Virus genome (UHGV): UHGV-1398520
DNA length: 4,735 bases
DNA from: a virus
Strand: one strand, 5' to 3'
The notes under the pieces were generated by a model. That model saw only the letters and a list, made by a program, of their open reading frames with translations, was not told where the DNA came from and made no database searches. Shown piece after piece: positions 1 through 4,735 of the stretch. A program made the translations under genes and the position numbers. How positions within the stretch are numbered: position 1 is the stretch's first letter; every line of letters begins with the position of its first letter.

Positions 1-90
1 AGCACTTCGCATCACTCAGACATGATTTAACATAATATACATTATGCGCACCAATGGTAAGGATGGCGGGAACTGGCGTTACCGGTGCCG

Positions 91-324
91 TCATTGGTCA
101 CAGACCGTAATCCACTGGCCCAGGACGTCTTTCAGGCAATGTTGGCATAAATCCAGTTTTAAGCGATTACTGTCACCAAAAATTGAACCGTATCCAGCTA
201 AGTGATTAACAGACAGAAACTCATTGAACTCAATGTCATCTACCACCGTCTTCGCATGGCGACCACAGCGATCGCAGGTCTTCGCACATAACATTACAGT
301 ATCGCTGGATGTGAAAAATTGCAT
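91..324 (-). CDS. hypothetical small protein (77 aa) with zinc-ribbon-like CxxC...CxxC motif
   Basis: ATG at 322-324 and TGA at 91-93. Strong SD-like GAGGAG about 5-6 nt upstream on the minus strand (reverse complement of roughly 330-337). Cys pairs CDRC and CQHC are about 40 residues apart, plus two further Cys. No family recognised from memory. GC content (about 44% by hand count) is similar to the phage genes. Confidence 0.5.
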   Translation of the reverse strand: MQFFTSSDTVMLCAKTCDRCGRHAKTVVDDIEFNEFLSVNHLAGYGSIFGDSNRLKLDLCQHCLKDVLGQWITVCDQ

Positions 325-395
325 TTTATCTCCTCGTAATGCTGCCGCGCCGAATCAGCAATAACGCTAAAAAAACAGAATTGTTCGGCTTGGCC

Positions 396-440
396 AACCC
401 CTGACACTAACAAAAGCAAGTTTTGTCATTGTCCGGGGTT
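396..440. promoter_or_regulatory. imperfect composite palindrome between the two small ORFs (candidate operator or weak terminator)
   Basis: Outer arms aacccctgaca (396-406) and tgtccggggtt (430-440) pair with one mismatch; inner arms acaaaa (410-415) and ttttgt (421-426) pair around loop gcaag. It lies 2 nt 3' of the 102-aa ORF stop on the minus strand. An A7 run (T7 on minus) at 369-375 is about 20 nt away, so it is not a canonical intrinsic terminator. Confidence 0.3.
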
Positions 441-441
441 A

Positions 442-750
442 TCATATAAACCAATAGACCGTCCTTACGCCATTCTGGTTATCAATAACATAGCCGCATT
501 GTTTCCTTAAAAATTCTTCTGCTAAATCAATGGCTTTTACAGAAATCTCATAAGAAGGAAGTAAAGTGTATCCTTTCCCTTCACTGGCAGCTGCTTTGAT
601 CGCATCCAGAGTATTATCAATCAGTAACAGAGCAAGTGATGCTTCATTTACCTGAGCCGAAGAACTTCTGGCTGCAAGTGTCATTGTTTTTGCTTCTTCC
701 GCTGTAATCGTTCGTTCTGCCAGAGCAGATAAAATCCCATAAGAATCCAT
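442..750 (-). CDS. hypothetical protein (102 aa), function unknown
   Basis: ATG at 748-750 and TGA at 442-444. GGGG SD-like element about 6 nt upstream on the minus strand. Co-oriented with the phage genes, 20 nt downstream of the hairpin that follows gene IV. No signal peptide or recognisable motif. GC about 40% by hand count. Confidence 0.5.
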   Translation of the reverse strand: MDSYGILSALAERTITAEEAKTMTLAARSSSAQVNEASLALLLIDNTLDAIKAAASEGKGYTLLPSYEISVKAIDLAEEFLRKQCGYVIDNQNGVRTVYWFI

Positions 751-771
751 TAGTTACCCCAATCAATAATG

Positions 772-829
772 TCCATTTGATGGATAGCGAGCAGGGCTCA
801 CGCACCTACCCGCTATCCATCAAAGTGGA
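772..829 (-). terminator. long stem-loop overlapping the gene IV stop codon; candidate leaky intrinsic terminator, attenuator or packaging-signal-like hairpin
   Basis: Arm 772-789 (tccatttgatggatagcg) pairs with arm 811-829 (cgctatccatcaaagtgga): 14 contiguous bp, one bulged G at 825, then 4 more bp. Loop is 21 nt (790-810). On the minus strand it is followed by the A/U-rich ACAUUAUUGAUU. The gene IV stop TGA (820-822) lies inside the right arm. Confidence 0.4.
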
Positions 830-2085
830 CGAATGATATGTGCTGTAAGCAAAATATACATAATACGCTGTTCATTGCTGTCTGCCTTGCTACTGAAAAT
901 CCAGCCTATAAGAGGAATTTTACTTATAACTGGAACTGAACGCTCGGCATTGCTGAACGATGAATCGATAAGCCCTCCCAATAACAACGTCTGACCATCC
1001 TTAATCTGGACTGTCGTCTGAATCTGGCGCTGATTAGTAATAATATCGGATGCCTGATCATCATTGCTGATTGAATCAGCGCGAGTGTCGATAGTCAGAA
1101 CTAGTTGCCCGTTACCCATGACAACAGGCGTTACCTTGAGAGAAACGCCAACATCATGACGCTCGATAGTCTGAAACGGATTATTTACCCCGGCAGATTC
1201 GCCCGTTACCTTTCCGGTGATAAACGGCACATTCTTACCTACGGAAATGTAACCAGTCTGACCAGACTGAGTAAGAATACGCGGCGTTGAAATCACCTTA
1301 GAGCGTGAATTACTCTGGACAGCACGCAGAGACAGCGCCAACACGTTACCATCAAAAATACCAAAAGAACCGCCCGCCGTAGAAAGAGCGCTACCCAGTG
1401 CAGAAGTATTAAAGCCCCCCGCAACCTTATGACCGGATGCAGAACCTGCCGCAAACGATAAATCAACGCCATCAGACAAGCTGGTTTCAAACATCAGCGA
1501 CTGAATGAGAACCTGATCGCGGGCAACATCCACAGAATTGATAAAATCGGACAGAACCGGCAGCAGCTCGTCAGGCGCAGAAACAATCAGCGAGTTATTG
1601 CCTGGATAATCCACGACATTACCACCACCATTAGAATCAAGATAAATTTTAATCAGTTGCTGAACATCGGACGATCTAACTTTTGTCAGCTTAAAATTTC
1701 TGACCGTAAGCGCCACAGGTACTGGCTGGTAAGATGGCTCAGAAGGAAAAGTATCATAAGACTGGTTATCAGAATCATCGGAATCCGAAACCATCTGTGA
1801 AGGTAATTTAGACGGCAAAGAGACTACCGCAGGATTGCCAGAAAGCATGACAAAACCGTTAGCATTCAGAACAGACTTAAAGAAATCATCAATATTTGCT
1901 GGATTAACATCAGCATTAAATACGGTTACGTTTCCTTTAATATCAGGATTAACAATAACAGGCTTGCCAGTTTTTGAAGAATACCACTGAACAAATGAGC
2001 GAACAGATGAATTATTTAAATTAACAGTTTCAGCAGAAACGCAGAATGAACAGGCAAATAAAAAAGCAACAATAACAGAGCGCAT
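820..2085 (-). CDS. IV: filamentous-phage secretin pIV (outer-membrane export channel)
   Basis: 421-aa product from ATG 2083-2085 to TGA 820-822. N-terminus MRSVIVAFLFACSFCVSA has signal-peptide character. C-terminal VPVISKIPLIGWIFSS and the GGSFGIFDG / NPFQTIER blocks align with M13 pIV as I recall it. AGGAG lies about 10 nt upstream (fwd 2096-2100). The track ORF extends to ATG 2176-2178, but that extension overlaps gene I and has no homology support. Confidence 0.9.
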   Translation of the reverse strand: MRSVIVAFLFACSFCVSAETVNLNNSSVRSFVQWYSSKTGKPVIVNPDIKGNVTVFNADVNPANIDDFFKSVLNANGFVMLSGNPAVVSLPSKLPSQMVSDSDDSDNQSYDTFPSEPSYQPVPVALTVRNFKLTKVRSSDVQQLIKIYLDSNGGGNVVDYPGNNSLIVSAPDELLPVLSDFINSVDVARDQVLIQSLMFETSLSDGVDLSFAAGSASGHKVAGGFNTSALGSALSTAGGSFGIFDGNVLALSLRAVQSNSRSKVISTPRILTQSGQTGYISVGKNVPFITGKVTGESAGVNNPFQTIERHDVGVSLKVTPVVMGNGQLVLTIDTRADSISNDDQASDIITNQRQIQTTVQIKDGQTLLLGGLIDSSFSNAERSVPVISKIPLIGWIFSSKADSNEQRIMYILLTAHIIRPL

Positions 2086-2092
2086 AATAATA

Positions 2093-2467
2093 TTACTCCT
2101 GACAGGTAACAGTCTGTAAATAACGGCCTTTTCTAATAACAACACGACAGGCATCTTTAATATCAACGGAATAACCATCTTTAATCAAATCAAAATACTG
2201 ATATTTCATACCTTTTGCATCAACAAACGTAACGGAAACGTCAAAGCCAAGTTGTGAAAAAGAATTAATAGAAAGTCGGGGTAAGTCACTGGACGAATCA
2301 GGCGTTACCGCCCTCGCCTGTTCAGCATAAGCAGATTTAATAGCTGAGATTTCATCAACATTCTTTCCAGACTGGAGCCAGAAACCAAACGCAAGCCCCA
2401 GCGCCAAAAAAGAAAGCATTAATATAAGACGGTTCGATTTGCGAAAATAAATTTTAGTGAGGCGCAT
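2093..2467 (-). CDS. XI: pXI, in-frame internal-initiation product of gene I (C-terminal 124 aa)
   Basis: In-frame ATG at 2465-2467 is Met241 of pI, the same relative position as the pXI start in Ff phages (MRLTKIYFRK here versus MKLTKIY in M13 by recollection). GAGGA lies about 12 nt upstream. It is immediately followed by the transmembrane segment. Inferred by positional homology only. Confidence 0.5.
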   Translation of the reverse strand: MRLTKIYFRKSNRLILMLSFLALGLAFGFWLQSGKNVDEISAIKSAYAEQARAVTPDSSSDLPRLSINSFSQLGFDVSVTFVDAKGMKYQYFDLIKDGYSVDIKDACRVVIRKGRYLQTVTCQE

Positions 2468-3187
2468 ATAATAATTAAATCCTCTGTGAACAGAAAATTG
2501 ACCGTGCGTGATAAATGGTGGCAAAAGCGAAAATGCGCCATGAGGATAATTATCTGTGAACGCTTGTTTGGTATTGTAAGCAGAATAAAGAGATTTTCCT
2601 GTATATATCCATTTATCAACAGTGATTGAATTAACATTATCACCATATTTGACAATGCCAAAGTGTACCTTTGGTAAAGAAAATCTCGCCCCTGAAACCA
2701 AATTCATAATGGAGCCAACAAAAGGAATGTTTAATTTATCTGAACGGCGACAATAAACAACATGCTCAGCAAGCGCCAGACGAGCTTGCTTATCCATTAT
2801 CGAAATATCCTGAATCAAAAATATAATATCCCAGCCTAATTTTCTGGCATGTAAAAACCAGTCAATAACAGGTTGCCTGTCTTTATCACCCCATGAGCGG
2901 GAATTAAACCAAGTACCACATTCATCAAGTACAAGGAGGCCATTACGGGATTCATCGTAAGATGTATTCCCAGTACCAATAGCAAGTAAATCATTTAATG
3001 AAGGTTTGTCAGGAATGCGAATAACGCGCGTTTTTTTCGCATAACGCCCAACCATAGGCATATTATGCAATTTAAGATCAAGATTAGTGGCAACAGGACA
3101 ACCCTTAGCAAGTCTTTCCTGTATTCTGGAAACACTAACAAGTGTCTTGCCTGAGCCTAATTTGCCTGTTACTACATAAACCGCCAT
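2093..3187 (-). CDS. I: filamentous-phage assembly protein pI (Zot-like P-loop NTPase)
   Basis: 364 aa, ATG 3185-3187, TAA 2093-2095. Walker A GKLGSGKT (aa 8-15, nt 3143-3166) and Walker B-like LLVLDE (aa 84-89). Long collinear similarity to M13 gene I protein as I recall it (MAVYVVTGKLGSGKTLVSV..., QDISIMDKQARLALAEHVVYCRR...). Hydrophobic segment LILMLSFLALGLAFGFW matches the pI transmembrane helix. AGGGTGA SD-like element upstream. Confidence 0.9.
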   Translation of the reverse strand: MAVYVVTGKLGSGKTLVSVSRIQERLAKGCPVATNLDLKLHNMPMVGRYAKKTRVIRIPDKPSLNDLLAIGTGNTSYDESRNGLLVLDECGTWFNSRSWGDKDRQPVIDWFLHARKLGWDIIFLIQDISIMDKQARLALAEHVVYCRRSDKLNIPFVGSIMNLVSGARFSLPKVHFGIVKYGDNVNSITVDKWIYTGKSLYSAYNTKQAFTDNYPHGAFSLLPPFITHGQFSVHRGFNYYMRLTKIYFRKSNRLILMLSFLALGLAFGFWLQSGKNVDEISAIKSAYAEQARAVTPDSSSDLPRLSINSFSQLGFDVSVTFVDAKGMKYQYFDLIKDGYSVDIKDACRVVIRKGRYLQTVTCQE

Positions 3188-3529
3188 TTAAATCACCCTG
3201 TTTGCATAATCAAGAAATTTTTGTTTTAAATCGAAAACAAAAACACTGATACGAGTAACCATAATAACGTTAACACACGCCTGAAAATGGTCAGGCAATA
3301 CAGACGCCATTAAATGGGAGAAATCAGCAGGTAAACCGTTATACATGACCTCAGCAAGGTACTGCATTAAAAGCGTAACAGTTGTTGTAATTAATGCGAC
3401 CAATGCAAAGGCAATTAATCCTGTTCTGGTAGCAAGTCGAGCTAAAAAACTCGCCACATAGCCAATAAACAAAGGAACAAGACCAATAAGAAAACGCAAC
3501 AATGCAGGAATACCTAATAATAAAGGCAT
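3188..3529 (-). CDS. VI: minor coat protein pVI
   Basis: 113 aa from ATG 3527-3529; the track M at 3530-3532 is a GTG one codon upstream. TAA 3188-3190 directly abuts the gene I ATG. Hydrophobic small protein MPLLLGIPALLRFL... and C-terminal VFVFDLKQK resemble M13 pVI (MPVLLGIPLLLRFL..., IFIFDVKQK by recollection). GGGGGTGA SD-like element upstream. Confidence 0.85.
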   Translation of the reverse strand: MPLLLGIPALLRFLIGLVPLFIGYVASFLARLATRTGLIAFALVALITTTVTLLMQYLAEVMYNGLPADFSHLMASVLPDHFQACVNVIMVTRISVFVFDLKQKFLDYANRVI

Positions 3530-4694
3530 CACTCACCCCCTTTGCGAAGCAATGAAGTTAAAGAAGTAAAGACATACCAGAACGTAAGGCAATAAAAAAC
3601 CCATGAAAGAACATCTTTAATAGTCAGTAATTTATCGCAACCAATATCAATCTGATAAACCTCTCCGGGAAAATAATAAAATCAGAGCAGCCGTTACCAT
3701 TGGGTAAATTAGGCAGCATAGCACCTTTATTTAAAAATGCTTCCCATAAAGCACCGTGAGAATCCTTTTCAATTCCCAATTCAGAATCAGCTAAAGTAGA
3801 AGCGCCATCTAATTCAGAGTCGCCCTTTCCATAACGAGAATCACCACCTGAAGGGTCAGCAAAACGGCCAGCCCCCCGCGTAAGATTGTTAATGGAATCG
3901 TCAAGACGATTTATATTATTCCTGGTTTGTTCATCGGCATTTTTTTTATCATCTGATGAAGTGTCTTTCTCCGTTAATTTATCATGAATATCGCTGGCTA
4001 TTTTGGGTGAAGCACCTTCGATCGCAGACTGAATATCACCTTTAGAAAGACTGGAACCACTAGAGCCACCGCCAGAACTACCGCCACCGGACTCACCACC
4101 GCCAGACTCACCACCACCGGACTCACCACCACCGGACTCACCACCGCCGGACTCACCACCGCCGGACTCACCACCGCCGGACTCACCACCGCCAGACTCA
4201 CCACCACCATTTTGGGGGGTTGAGGGTTTATCAGAGGGGTCAGCTACAGCACCTGTAGGCTTCCATGTTGCAGCGCAAACAGTACCATCACCCTGACAAA
4301 CAATGACACCAGTAGCCTCATATTCACAGCCGTTATAGTAGATATAGCGACCACCATCATATGAATCAACATTATTAAATACACCTTCTTCTGGCGGCTT
4401 CGCTTCACAAATTTCTTCTGGTGTCGGGTCAGTAGGTTTTTCATCAGGAACAGAACGCTGAATATTACCAACAATATAAGCCGTTAAAGACCAATATTTA
4501 TCCTTCTGCCCTGGTGAATCGCTGTAAGTACAATCGCCAGTAAAAACAAGACGGAATTCAGAATCAGGCCAGATACCCTCATAAGTTGGTTTAATCCGAG
4601 TAAATACACTCTGAGCACTGGATTTAGCACCCTGACAAGCGGAGGCCTGCATAGCAGCATCAATATAGTAAACCGTTATCGGTAATGATTCCAA
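3529..4694 (-). pseudogene. III: gene III (adsorption/minor coat protein pIII) interrupted by a single-base frameshift; N-terminus atypical
   Basis: Frame A (3624-4694) encodes an N1-like domain (EICEAKP...[26 protein letters not shown], aligning to M13 N1 SCLAKP...YEGCLWNATGVVVCTGDETQCYGTW), a (GGGES)8 linker and the start of the C-terminal domain (NKGAM...). The conserved C-terminal anchor is only readable in another frame (3529-3672): [47 protein letters not shown], aligning to M13 ...GKPYEFSIDCDK...YVFSTFANILRNKES. The frame switch is at fwd 3667-3673 (ggg aaaa). The frame-B stop TGA overlaps the gene VI ATG (TGATG). There is no signal peptide; the track start is TTG (4692-4694) with no SD. 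Confidence 0.65.
4050..4208 (-). repeat. tandem 15-bp repeats encoding Gly-rich linker (GGGES)x8-(GGGSS)x2-GSS within gene III
   Basis: Near-identical 15-nt units (ggactcaccaccgcc / agactcaccaccacc on the fwd strand) repeated about 10 times. They translate on the minus strand to GGGES repeats at aa 163-215 of the frame-A product. Confidence 0.9.
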
Positions 4695-4735
4695 CTTATT
4701 GATAGTGTTTTATGTTCAGATAATGCCCGATGACT

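Noticed and set aside
31-46. Short palindrome cataat-atac-attatg in the AT-rich left end
   Set aside because: Only 6-bp arms in AT-rich sequence; expected by chance; no adjacent gene start in this window to give it context.
91-750. Toxin-antitoxin pair interpretation of the two small ORFs
   Set aside because: Genes are separated by 117 nt with an intervening structured element rather than overlapping; neither protein shows a recognisable toxin or antitoxin motif from memory. Not excluded, but unsupported.
1105-1290. 61-aa plus-strand ORF
   Set aside because: Lies antisense and entirely inside the well-supported pIV secretin gene; no RBS or homology; typical shadow ORF.
1293-1490. 65-aa minus-strand ORF (Arg/Leu-rich)
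   Set aside because: Alternative frame within gene IV; low-complexity composition; no independent support.
2086-2178. N-terminal extension of pIV from upstream ATG at 2176-2178 (MVIPLILKMPVVLLLEKAVIYRLLPVRSNII)
   Set aside because: Overlaps the 3' end of gene I, has no homolog in pIV, and the downstream ATG at 2083-2085 gives a canonical signal peptide with an SD.
2419-2661. 80-aa minus-strand ORF
   Set aside because: Alternative frame inside gene I; no support.
2093-3187. Calling the pI homolog a Zot enterotoxin
   Set aside because: Zot is the CTXphi pI homolog; the family similarity reflects phage assembly function, and nothing in the sequence supports a toxin role here.
3530-3532. GTG start for gene VI suggested by the ORF track (MMPLL...)
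   Set aside because: The adjacent ATG at 3527-3529 with upstream GGGGGTGA gives MPLLLGIP..., matching the Ff pVI N-terminus; the GTG codon is probably not the initiator.
3351-3536. 61-aa Cys-rich minus-strand ORF
   Set aside because: Alternative frame overlapping gene VI; starts in the gIII/gVI junction; no RBS; likely spurious.
4050-4208. Possible CRISPR-like array
   Set aside because: Repeats are 15 bp, directly tandem without spacers, and lie in-frame in a coding sequence as a Gly-rich linker.
3998-4210. 70-aa ORF with (VVSPA)n repeats
   Set aside because: Out-of-frame reading of the gene III 15-bp tandem repeat; an artefact of repeat periodicity.
4244-4474. 76-aa minus-strand ORF
   Set aside because: Alternative frame inside the gene III N1-like domain region; no support.
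4484-4660. Untracked 58-aa hydrophobic ORF in another frame over the gene III 5' region ([11 protein letters not shown]...[17 protein letters not shown]...)
   Set aside because: No SD; fully overlaps the gIII coding frame that carries N1 homology; considered as a misplaced signal peptide or overlapping gene but the sequence does not resemble either. Kept only as a note in case read-level correction changes the frames here.

Overview
The window carries the late structural/assembly gene block of an Ff-like filamentous phage (Inovirus), all on the minus strand in the canonical order gene III, VI, I (with nested XI), IV. Downstream of gene IV are two small co-oriented ORFs of unknown function (102 aa and 77 aa, the latter with a CxxC...CxxC zinc-ribbon-like motif). 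The proteins are clearly homologous to M13/fd/f1 pIII, pVI, pI and pIV as I recall them, but diverged, so this is not Ff itself; an IKe/I2-2/If1-like or novel phage is possible, but I cannot decide without a database search. The most notable points are: (1) gene III is disrupted by a single-base indel in a homopolymer, so its C-terminal membrane anchor is in another frame; (2) gene III has no recognisable signal peptide or convincing start, and its domain layout differs from Ff; (3) the two small ORFs sit where Ff phages have the intergenic origin region, making them candidate phage cargo; (4) a long inverted repeat overlaps the gene IV stop codon. All coordinates include the stop codon. Nothing here was confirmed by search; identities are by recollection and in-sequence motifs.
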